In this document: positions 24,924 to 35,941 of the stretch, piece by piece | How the letters are laid out: each line of letters starts with the position of its first letter | Numbering within the stretch: position 1 is the first letter of the stretch | NCBI GenBank assembly: GCA_010015585.1 | Contig: ML975178.1 | DNA from: Eremomyces bilateralis CBS 781.70 | Taxonomy: Eukaryota | Reading direction: 5' to 3' (one strand) | DNA: 64,000 bases | The notes under the pieces: model-generated | The model's database searches: none | Told to the model about the DNA's origin: nothing | What the model saw: the letters and a program-made list of their open reading frames with translations, nothing else | Position numbers and translations under genes: made by a program

Positions 24924-27452
24924 GATGCGGTTGTGGCTGATATGCCGGCGACGCTGGAGTCTAGACAAGTTGAAAGCTCTAAAGAGTGAGGGAAATGTTG
25001 TGGAATTCGGATAGGCAGCCTGCGTACTCCAGTAACAGTAACCTAAAGGTGAATGTGGCCGTGTGAGTATGTAGTTCAGCCTGGTGGCTAGACAAGTGAG
25101 GCGGCGAAGGTTGAGGGTTTCGAATGGACGAATAGGTACCTAGCTTATGGTATTAGACGCAGTTTACATGTTATCCCATCCGCAACGGCCATAAAGCGAA
25201 GCTGGTACATTCTTCAAGGAGGAGGGAAAGCGCGGAGAGTTGGTTTGGCGTTTTGGGCATCCTCGACGCTCTCGTTCATCCTTCACATACTATGTGTCAT
25301 TGCGCCTTGGTAGCAACGAACTCGACAGACTCATGGCAATCCTGGGCACGACGGAGTTTAATAAAGTCCAATGTAGGGTCCCTGGAGGAGCGATTCCATG
25401 TTAGTTTACATCAACTTGATATACAATGCCCTACCGGGACCGTGATACCGTCAAACCATTCCCCAAGGATACATACCGTCGGTCTTTCGACCACTGGGGC
25501 GTTACGCTCTCCCAGATGAGCATCTAAATCTCCCCAACCCAGCCACCATCCAAATTCCCGTCCATCCATCTCGCACACAAGCACCAACTCCCAGCCGCCG
25601 TATCAATGCTTACCGAGTCAAGCAACAACACCGGAAGTCCGCAACGAACCGACTGTCCGACTCACTTTTGTGAGAGTGCATTAGACGATCTTGACCCTTT
25701 GCACGTTGCATCCGCAACTTACATAGGTAGTAGCGTCCTCCGCCCTGCGGTCTGCGAGTAACTACCCCACACCCCAGAGGTCATCTGAGGAGTCGAATTC
25801 TGATAATAACTGGAGCCCTCGCCAGTCCAGGATCTCGAAATGGGTGATGATCAGAGCCGATAGTGTGACGTCGGCGGCGCTGGGACCGGGGCGAGATAGC
25901 GGGTAGTGCTCGCTTGGCTGGGTTAGTGCCTTAGTTGATTACCAAGACGAGTCTAGCCGTTTAGGGATGCGGGAGGCCGATCGTGGTTTGTCTGAAAGTT
26001 GAGCATCTTGGCTGGAAAAGCGATGTGAGCGATAGCGAGAAGCTCGAAGGCTTCACAATCCAAATGTAAGCTGAAATCTCAATATAGTCGCTTGTTGATA
26101 TTTTGGGATGACATCTGGTCAACTGAGCTCGAGCGACACACAACATAATGACCACCAGAGTAGTATCTTGAGATGCTCCCTTCATCCCTTGAGTCCCTTC
26201 ATCAAAATGTTCCTTGCCGTCGACCTGCAATAAATCATGTGAAGGCCTCGATATCTGCCTTATCTGGAGATCCGACATACCCGACCGCATTGATTCGACA
26301 GGGCCCGAATTCCTTCGGTGGTTTCTCCGCATCGTCAAGTTGGCTATGCCGTGCAATGGTCAGCACTCAGCAGGCAACTATGCAGCTGGCTGTAATGGTT
26401 GTCGTGAAGGTGGTGTTAGACATGGAAGCTTGACATCGTGCGATGACGTAGGTAACATATATGTTGAAGAAAGGTTCCTATTCAGCAAGAATCTGGCAAC
26501 ACTTCGCTTCGTGGAAATCACGACAGCGACGTTGTCCGGTCAGAAGCATGAAAAGCACTTTTCCTAAACACCCTTCCTTCCCAACGTGCAGCAAGTCGGT
26601 AGGGATTAGGGGCACGGAATCTCATCCTTCGGCCTTCCGCTTGACCCGCCAAAGCTATTTAGATGTCTGTCGTTCATTTCCTAATTGAATTGTCGTCGTG
26701 ACACCGTTGAATCCACTTGGCCAGTGGGATTAGAAGCTTCTCCGGGATTGGCATTGAGCCCTGGCGAAAGCTTGTCTGATTGGCTGATATCCCTGTTCGC
26801 TTCTGACGTCAAGTCCCACTTCCCGTTTACCTGAGGCTCACTGCAATGACGATTTTGGGAAGGGATTCGCAGGGCTGGGAAGTAGGTTTCATTCCGTCGC
26901 AGAATGCATTAGGTTTGGCATCGCCCGTATTGAGGGAGAATAACATCTGGGACTCGATATCGACGACGGAGGTAGTCGGACGGTCAGGATGGGTTTCTGG
27001 GCCTCGAACGATTCATCCCCAGATTCAGGGACCGACTCTGGGGAAGGGGTATCGCGATATGTTGGGACTGGAACACTTTGGCAGGAGTCTGGGGTTAATC
27101 CCAATTTGTCCAATGAAAGCCAGCCGTATCTAACCCCCTCACGCGTTCCCCGGGACCCACAAGAGATCAACATCACCGACAGCTGACTGGAGTACTGCTA
27201 GCTGGACACTGCATGGAGAAGCCCTTTAGACCTTGCCGTAGTACTTGATTCAAAAGGCCCTGATCGTCCACTTCTCCGCCAAAAGATTCCAAGGTGCTTT
27301 TGTCCACTCTCCCTACCCTCGTACAGAAGATCCCCATTGTCGGAGAATTGAAAGGGATTGTTTGTATTCTGTGAATACCAACTCGCGAAGATCGGCGGAG
27401 TATCCCTTGTATATATACGGGCAAACCGACGAAGCCCATATCGCCCGCCATC

Positions 27453-29515
27453 ATGGCAGATCTGGAAGAAAAGAAAGCAAGGCGCGACTCCTCCGACGAA
27501 CGCGCTGAGGACATCGGACCAGATGTTCCTCGAACCCCCCGAAACGCCAGCGTTACCGTCTCCGGCAGGCGGGTGAGCCTCGCCGACCGCGTGCAGAGCA
27601 ATGTCAACGCGAAGCTCCAAAATCCGCTCGAAGCGTACTCGGATGTCGAGCTGACGACCATGGGCCGAGAATATGCGTTGGCCAACGCCATCGCCGAGCC
27701 GGAGGACGTGAGAGCGTTTGAGCTCGGTGCGATCCTCGCGAAGGATGCGGCGATGTTTGAGAACATCGCAGGCAAGGCCACGGAGGAGGAGCTGGATGTG
27801 TTGCGTCGTGAGTACTCGCATCGATGGAGCCAGCCTAAGTTGCTGTATTTGGTGATCGTCCTTTGCTCGACATGTGCGGCTGTACAAGGAATGGGTAAGT
27901 TGCCCTGTCAGTAATTGTTACCTGGACGACTGCTGACGTCTTCAAGACGAGACGGTCATCAACGGAGCACAGCTATTCTACGGCGCTCAGTTTGGTATCG
28001 GCGGCACTGCGCCTCGGGATACATGGCTCCTGGGTGTAGTTCACGCCGCTCCGTATATCTGCGCCTCATTTATCGGCTGCTGGCTCACCGCGCCGCTCAA
28101 CAACCTGTTCGGTCGACGCGGAACGATCTTCATTACCTGCTTTTTCTCCGCCGTCGCTTGTTTCTGGCAGGGATTCACCAACTGCTGGTGGCATATGTTC
28201 GTGGCTCGTTTTGCCCTCGGTTTTGGAATCGGTAAGCTGCCTCGATCGGAACGTCGATCGCAGATTGACTGATCGACATATAGGACCCAAGTCGTCCACC
28301 ACGCCAATCTTCGCTGCGGAAACCACCCCGCCCGCGATCCGTGGCGCCCTGGTCATGCAATGGCAGATGTGGACTGCCTTCGGTATCATGGTGGGCTACA
28401 TCGCCGATCTCGCCCTGTATTATGTCCCCGATACTCCTGGCGTTCACGGCCTCAATTGGCGATTGATGATGGGTTCTGCCATGCTCCCCGCCGTCGTCGT
28501 ATGTTGCTTCGTCTTCCTGGCTCCCGAGTCGCCTCGCTGGTATATGAGCAAGAACCGACATCATGCTGCATATGGTAGCATGGTACGACTGCGATATAAC
28601 CGGATCCAGGCGGCCCGAGACACTTTCTATATGGCGAAGCTGCTTGAGGTGGAGAAGGAGATCCAGACTGGCAGTTGGGCTATTTTGGAACTGATCAAAG
28701 TTCCTCGAAACCGACGCGCCATGCTCGGATCCGAGATCGTCATGTTCATGCAACAGGTGAGTACAATACCGAAGAGTATTCTAAAACCGCGAAACCGAGC
28801 TGACTCAACTCCGTAGTTCTGCGGTGTCAATATCATCGCGTATTATTCGTCCTCTGTATTCTTGGACGCCAACCTGTCTGAGGTTAGCTCCTTAGCGGCA
28901 TCGCTAGGGTTCGGCATCATCAACTGGCTTTTCGCCATCCCAGCTATTTACACCATCGACACATTTGGTCGGAGGAATTTGCTGTTGACAACCTTCCCCC
29001 TCATGGCCATATTCCTGCTCTTCACGGGCTTCTCCTTCTGGATCCCCGAAGGCACTGGACGGATTGCTTGTGTGGCACTCGGGATCTATCTGTTTGGCAT
29101 GGTATACAGTCCGGGTGAAGGTCCAGTCCCTTTCACCTACAGTGCCGAAGCGTATCCTTTGTACGTGCGCGCGGTTGGGATGTCACTGGCTACTGCGACC
29201 ACCTGGTTTTTCAACGCGGTGCTCGCCGTGACCTGGCCGTCCATGTTGCAAGCGTTCAAGCCCCAGGGAGCATTCGGTTGGTACGCGGCCTGGAACATGA
29301 TTGGCTTTGGTCTGGTCCTCCTGTTCATGCCTGAGACGAAGGGCAAGACACTCGAAGAGTTGGATCAGGTGTTCAGCGTGCCGACGCACGTGCACGCGGC
29401 CTACGGGATCCGGCAGCTGAAATACATCTTCCGCAGGTTCGTCTTGTTCCAGAAGGTGGAGCCGGAACGGTTGTATGAGCGGGAGACATATGAGGGCCAG
29501 GATGTAGAGGCATGA
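27453..29515 (+). CDS. MFS sugar porter, myo-inositol transporter-like
   Basis: Motifs AAVQGM|DETVING, GRRGTIF, AETTPPAIRGALV, PESPRW, MQQ|FCGVNII, IDTFGRR and PETKGKTLEELD. Introns at 27895-27946, 28232-28283 and 28757-28816. Confidence 0.95.
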
Positions 29516-29671
29516 AGGAACGTTGCTGAACTCGAGGTGGAAGGTTGAGAGACTTGCTATAGCGAGGGGATGACTTGATATAACTGCAAATACTTAATCA
29601 TATATGATAGAAGATGCCAGATGGATAAAGGGACTTGGTAGACTCAGCGTGGAATAGCGAAGAGACTTGAT

Positions 29672-30857
29672 GCAGAGGTAAATTTCTATACGAAGACGGT
29701 GCTTTACGGTAGATTCGAGTATACGGTAGATACACGGTAGATAGGAATCTACGATGAGAGAAATTCTACGGAGAACAGAATCAACCGTTGATCTACGGTA
29801 GATCTACTACTAGACAGCGCGGTTTCCTTATTTGTACCACGGCTTCCTCATTTCTACCAAGCGCCTACCTATTTCTTATCCTGAGTCCCTGAGTTCCTGA
29901 GTTCCTGAGTTCCTCTCTTCCTCCATGTCTGTTCCTCTGTTCCTTTGTTCCTCTACATCCTGTCACCCTCTCAAGTCTCAAAGCTATCAGCGTCGATCCT
30001 ATCCTCCCCGTCAAGGAACACGACGGACACGGCAATGAGGTGTCGTTGGACAAGGATTCGGAAACGCTGCTGTATGTAAACTAGAGCAAGATCCACTTTA
30101 TGTAGTGCCTGGCGCCAGATAAGCTCAAGATAGCTGGCTGTCATGAGAGATAAATCAGACGGATCGGTGCAATGAGAAGGGCTCTCTGGTGGACGATTTG
30201 CTTTATGGATGGATTCTGGTGGCTCGCAAAGCGTTGGATGGAAGGATGGATGGGTGGATTCTGATGGCTTGCAAAGTGTATGATGGATGGACGAGATGAA
30301 TGGATGGATAGATCGTTGCACTGGTGGCATCAAATGGGTATCTGGGATGATGGGACGCGAACAATACACCGACACACACTCCCTACCGTGGAAGGCAGGT
30401 GTATCTACACCGATCACAGGCGCACCGCACTATGTCTGGCCCGCCCAATCCTGGTCGACTCTCAACATGAACGTGGTATTACATGGGAATGACGGGATAC
30501 AGCGATGTATGTATGATACACAGCTTTCCGATGAGCTTAGCAAAACATTCAAGCAGCATGGGGGCTGCGTGTGGCGAGTATAACATTCCTGCAAGTGAAC
30601 CGCGTGATGAGTAGTCGATCTGGCAACCGTGGGCATACCGTAGTTCAGCAGATCAACGGTGGATAAACCAATCAACCGTTGATATACCGTTGAATACGTC
30701 TATACGTATAATGCAATCAACGGTATAGGCGAAAATCAACCGTTGAATGCGCTATACGAAGATGTGAAATCAACGAGGAAACTTCCGTTGATTCGTATCA
30801 ACCGTTGATTTTTTTCAACGGTGGATCAACGGTAGATCAACGGTTGATTGGTCCCTG
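29672..30857. mobile_element. Candidate non-autonomous DNA transposon remnant bounded by palindromic repeat clusters
   Basis: Clusters of ACGGT(A/T/G)GA and ATCAACCGTTGAT motifs at ~29700-29820 and ~30650-30850. A 26/29-nt inverted repeat links 29789-29817 and 30821-30849. No transposase ORF and no clear TSD, so the boundaries are approximate. Confidence 0.5.
29880..29914 (+). repeat. 8-bp tandem repeat (CCTGAGTT) x ~4
   Basis: cctgagtc cctgagtt cctgagtt cctgagtt cct, read directly. Confidence 0.85.
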
Positions 30858-32418
30858 CAAGTTCCGCTACTGAGGAACATCTGCATGAGGCATCAAGGCA
30901 TTAACAACAAATCCTCTAATTCACAATTGAATGAATGAACGAGCAATGAGCAAACAACAAAACATAAAACAAACCGAGCTCAGCTGCCAATTCCCAATTG
31001 CTAACACCGTCATCTTATCTGACTACCTACTCACTAGTTATCTTAAAATTGATCTGACTAGTACCTAGTACTTAGCAGCTTCGTGTGATGAGAGCACGGA
31101 TGGTGTGTCGCATTGCTACTAAATGAGGAGATTGAATCATTAAAATTGCGGCTGGACTGAGACCTGCGGAATGCGGAGTGGCGGAGCCTCTTCATTTCAA
31201 TCTTCAACTCATCGAATCTCCGTATCAGAGCCTTGTGGAGTGGTGGTTTCCCAAATCCTCAACCGAAATCTCACATCCAGAATCCAGATCTCGGAGATTT
31301 GCCGAAATATTCCATGTTCAACTAAGATTTGTTTTTGGCGAGGCCAATGATGAAATGAGGGAGCCAGCTCGATTTCGAGCCGTTTGATGAGCCAGGAGAA
31401 GGTGGAGGTTTCAAATCGGCGGACTCAGCGGAGCCACGCATCCGTGCACGTCAGCCGCCTGGGCCTAAGGCCTTTCCCCCTCCCGACTCCCGTCGTCCGG
31501 TCATCTCGATGGTCGCCCGCGAAACAGGTTGCTTTTTTCGTCCCCCTGGCGCTTCCAGCAGGATCCAGGAGCCCGGTCTGGCGCAGGAACAATTTACGAT
31601 ATTTGTCGATGATTGGTGTAGCTCAATTCAAAGTTTCGAACATGCTTAAAGAGCTGGGGGTGTTGCCCGGTCGTTGGGGGTTCCGCGAGTCGCTGAGTTC
31701 GCTTCCCACGGTGATGAAGACCGGAAATCGAGTCTCTGTCCTTCGGTGATACGTCGACTCTGTCCCGTTACACAGTGATGGTTGTACCGAAGGACGTCGA
31801 AACGAATCAACTGATCAACGTGAAGAAGCATTCGAGTCCAGATGGTATCAGCAGCTCCCAGTCAACCCGAAGGAGCTGGATGTGATGAAGATCCTGCGCT
31901 GACAGGCATCGTAATCGGAGGAATGGCTTCAGCGCCACCATGTGCCTGTAATCTACTAATCTTCAACCATTAGCAGCGCTCCACAGTAGTGATGCGCACC
32001 CCCATCCCTGGACCTCTCCTGGTGAACCAGACGATCCTCTCTTAAGCTCCAGACGATCCTCACCGAGTCCACGAGGGGTTTTCCTTCTTTTAACCTGTCC
32101 TTGTCATTCATTCTTTGTGCAGTTTGTCGAAGTGTCCCTGGCTGGCACATTGGTCGTCTTTGTTCACTCTCTACCTTTCACGTCATTTTTCGTGCTCCAA
32201 CTACTGCCTCTCATTTTCGTGTCGATACTCCCTTCGGATCACTCCTTTTCCGTTGTGTGCATATCACCACTGACCTGCTTGTTTGTCGTGGCCAGTCCAT
32301 TTGACATATCATCGGTATTCCTTCAAGACAAGCCCGACGCCGATCGCTTGTAGAACAAGCCACCCGTCCTCGATATCCTTCCAAAACACCGTCTTTTTGA
32401 CCTTCATATCCAAGCAAA

Positions 32419-33926
32419 ATGATTGCTAGAACCGGACTCGTTTTGGCTATGGCCGCTGCTGGTGCCCATGCCCATTGTGGATGGACTGGGTTCTATGTCA
32501 ATGGTGTCTCTGTGGTATGTTGAGAATTGCTCCCTCTCTGTTCGTTGCTTACCGTAGCCATAGGGTGACGGAACGGCCATGCGAATGTCAAACATCCTTA
32601 AGGAGGCCAACTTCCCAGTCAGCCCTACCAGCGAGGATGTAGCCTGCAACGTGAACGGAAAGAATGGTGTTTCCCGAACTGCTCCCGTCAAGGATGGCGA
32701 TACGCTTTCTTTCGAGTGCCGCTCAAACATGCCCGATGTGACGAATACCGGTGGTGACGGTCCTATCGCCGTTGGACATTATGGACCATGCGCTATCTAT
32801 GCCAAGAAAGTTGACTCCGCCATCGAGGATCAAGGTATGTACACTAACAACAAGACGCTCGTCCTGTTTCTCACTGCCATTAGGTGTCGGTCCCGGTTGG
32901 TTCAAGCTCTGGGAGGACGGCTACGATGAGTCCTCCGGAAAATGGTGTAACGAGCGCTTCATCGAATCTGGTGGCCTCCTCTCGGTGACTCTCCCCCAAG
33001 GCCTCCAAGGCGGCGACTACCTGTTCCGCCCCGAGATCCTCGCGCTGCACAACGCCAACCAAGGCGACCCGCAATTCTTCACCGGCTGCGCCCAAGTGCA
33101 CCTCGAATCTACCGGCAACCTCGTCGCGAAAGACACCGTCAGCATCCCCGGCTGGGTCTCCACCTCTGATCCCGGCGTCGCCTACGACCTCTATAAATAC
33201 CCCAGCATGGACCTCCCCTACCCGATTCCCGGACCACCCATCGTCGAGCTCGTCCCCGGCGACTCCACGGCCTCCACCTCCTCCGTCCAAACCACCGGCC
33301 TCCTCCCCTCTGACTGCATCCTCGAAAACAACAACTGGTGCGGCAAGGAGGTCCCCACCTACAACACCCAGGACGGCTGCTGGGCCTCTGCCCAGAACTG
33401 CTGGGACCAGAACGACGTCTGCTGGGACACCGCCGGCCCTACCGGCGGCCACGGCTGCGAAATCTGGGGCGATTACTGCAAGACGCTCGGCGACCTCTGC
33501 GAGAACAAGAACTTCAACGGGCCCCCCAACGCCGGAAACGTCCTCACCCCGCAGAAGCGCACCATCTCCCCCAAGTTCTGGGGCTCCGGCGAGCCGATCG
33601 TCGGTGCGGGCGCACCCTCTGCTACTCCAGTTGCGAAAGCGCCAGTGGCGGGTTCGCAGTCCTCGGCTGCGGCATCGCCGACTGCGGATGCGGGATCGGG
33701 ATCCGGATCGCAAGGAGGAGAGCAGCCGGCCGCGTTGCCGGCGCCATCGTCATCGCAGTACTTCGAGCCTGCGCCGAGCAATGTCGAGCCGGCACAGGGC
33801 AATGCTGCGCCGGCGCCGAGCCAGGGTCCTGTTGAGCCTGCCGCGGTTGACGGTGACGTGGTGACGGTGACGGTGACGGCGTACACGACCGTTGTCGTGG
33901 ACCAGTTCGTGACGGTGTCAGCGTAG
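32419..33926 (+). CDS. AA9 (GH61) lytic polysaccharide monooxygenase with a Cys-rich C-terminal module and Ala/Pro/Ser tail
   Basis: Signal peptide MIARTGLVLAMAAAGAHA followed by His1. Motifs DVACN, GHYGP, GWFKLWEDG, GDYLFRPEILALH, PQFFTGCAQV and YPIPGP. Introns at 32515-32563 and 32835-32883. Confidence 0.92.
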
Positions 33927-35941
33927 AAGATGTGGTGGACAGTTGGAAACTTTTGATAGAGGGTGGTTGGTACTAAGCATGATCTCATGGTGGCGTTGAA
34001 CCAGGCTTGTAGACAATCTTTGGTGACTTCATGTATGTATTTTACAGACATTTTCGAACCGTGCCTCTTTTGTGGAATCGCAAGTGATAGACTTTTCATT
34101 TGGACCAGCTCACTTGCAAATGATCTGAGGAGTACCACATAGAATTGGACCGCAAGGCTGCTCAGCAATTTTTGGGAAGGGTATATTTTATTTTTTAAAC
34201 TTGATTTGCTACGTGACCCACTCGCCATTCTCCCCCCCTCGGGCGCCGTCCTCCAAACCCCATCCATATGCATCCTCTCTCCCTCTTATTATCCTTAGTC
34301 GAAGTGTCTAACGGCAAACCTATTCCAAGAACCAAATTAGCCATCTGAAACCCCAGACGTTCATGAAATAAGACGGTTGCTCGTGTAGGAGTCAGACAAA
34401 GATTTACTGGCAAGTAACAGGCGCCGGCGAAGGCTCCCGAAGGCTATCGTCATGGTCGAGTCGGCCGGGATTGAAGACAATAAGTTGCTTTCATCATTCG
34501 AACACGGTGGTATGGAGGGAGAGGGAATGGGAGAGCGGGAACGTACCTTTGGTGTGAGAGATCAATGCAGGACTGGATGTTGATATATCAGATTTGGACG
34601 ACCAGCCAACGGAGCAATCCAGTCCGGATTCCGACATATCATAATAGAAGGCGTGATTAGTGCAGAAATCGATCGCATAACATTAACAGATCGCCAATTG
34701 AATGGTTGGAAGTTAGAAGGGACGCAGTGAAAGAGGAAGAGAAACTTCGCCGAAGTGAAGTTTTAAGGCGGTTGGAAAATTGCAGACGTCTTCGGGATAA
34801 GGATAAGCCGAGCCGAAAATTACAACGGCTTGGCATGCGCTAGTAGTACATTGTTTTGTATCGTTGTATGAAACACGCCTAATCGAGGCCAATTCATAGA
34901 GAAGCAGGCTCTAAACAGCCTAGCGTTATGGACTCGATTGGATGGCTGGGAGCATTGTCATGTTTCTGACGGTTTTCAACCAAATCTAGCCCTTTGCAGT
35001 CGTTGCAGGTGACTCTCTCCGTCCGTCTCTCGCCCAGTCGCCGCCCCCCGTCCCCCGTCTTCCGCCGTCCGCTGCAACTCTCACGCCTCTCGCACCTCAC
35101 GCCTCGCACCTCACGCTCTCCCAGCACCACACCTCATCTAGTCCCGTATCTACCTCTCCACCACCCATCCCATCTCGCCGTGATACCGAAATCCTCCACC
35201 ATCCTCTTCCCCATCTCTTTCCTCCTCCCATTCCCTCTCGACTCCCCTTCCACCATGCCCTTCCCCAGCGACGCATAGCCCATGGCGCCGGCCCCGATCC
35301 CCAATTGCGCTGCTGTCGCGACACCCTCCTAACGGCTCCTCTTCGTCCATCCGCCGTCCGATCGCCTTCCGATAGGCCGCTTTGCCACCTCTGCGTCGCC
35401 GTCCGGTCGCCGTTCCTCCTCTTCGATCCCTTTCGCATATATCTGGATTTAGTTACGTCGCGCGTGGTCCCATCGCCCGTTGTGGAGGACTGGCGCTGTT
35501 GATCCCCGAACCGCCATTGGAACGAAATCGCGTGGCCTACTCTGTGGCTTCCTCACCGCCGTCGCATCGTTCTGCATTCGACGACCATCCTTTCTCGCGC
35601 TGCCAGCGTTCGTGGAACGATCTAGCCAGTTTTTCCGCCTTCATTTACGTGACGCCAGAATCTTGCGGTCGGCCCTGGAGCGAAACGATACTGACCGCTT
35701 TCAAACCTTGGGGCGAATACATTTAGCCATTCATACGTTACATATGTACAAAAGCCCAGATACCCATTCGAATTTTTTGGCCCCGATACCCTCACCGTCG
35801 GATCGACGGTTTAGCAACGTCGACAGCGCAGGAGCAGCCGAGTCGCCTGTCCGCGAGCAGGTCCAGGACTTGGCGTCGAGATCGGACGTGTGGGAGTGGA
35901 AGCACGTCGCGAGGTAGTTGAGCGCTCGAAGCGCACCCAAG

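Noticed and set aside
24955..24970. ~15-16 bp match (GGAGTCTAGACAAGT) shared with ~52541-52556
   Set aside because: Matches of this length are expected about once by chance in 64 kb.
25960..26700. Short ORFs in the intergenic stretches 25.0-27.4 kb and 56.2-58.5 kb
   Set aside because: Frequent stops in all frames and no identifiable homology by eye.
29789..29823. Helitron-like 3' end (palindrome followed by CTAG)
   Set aside because: CTAG is followed by A rather than T, and no matching 5' TC terminus or Rep/helicase remnant was found.
30650..30850. CRISPR-like appearance of the spaced palindromic repeats
   Set aside because: The repeats are too short, irregularly spaced and in mixed orientation; the context is eukaryotic with no cas genes.
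32880..33713. Long antisense and alternative-frame ORFs overlapping real genes (also 11188-12255, 5014-6114, 62603-63616 and others)
   Set aside because: Shadow ORFs expected from high-GC codon bias; no motifs of their own.
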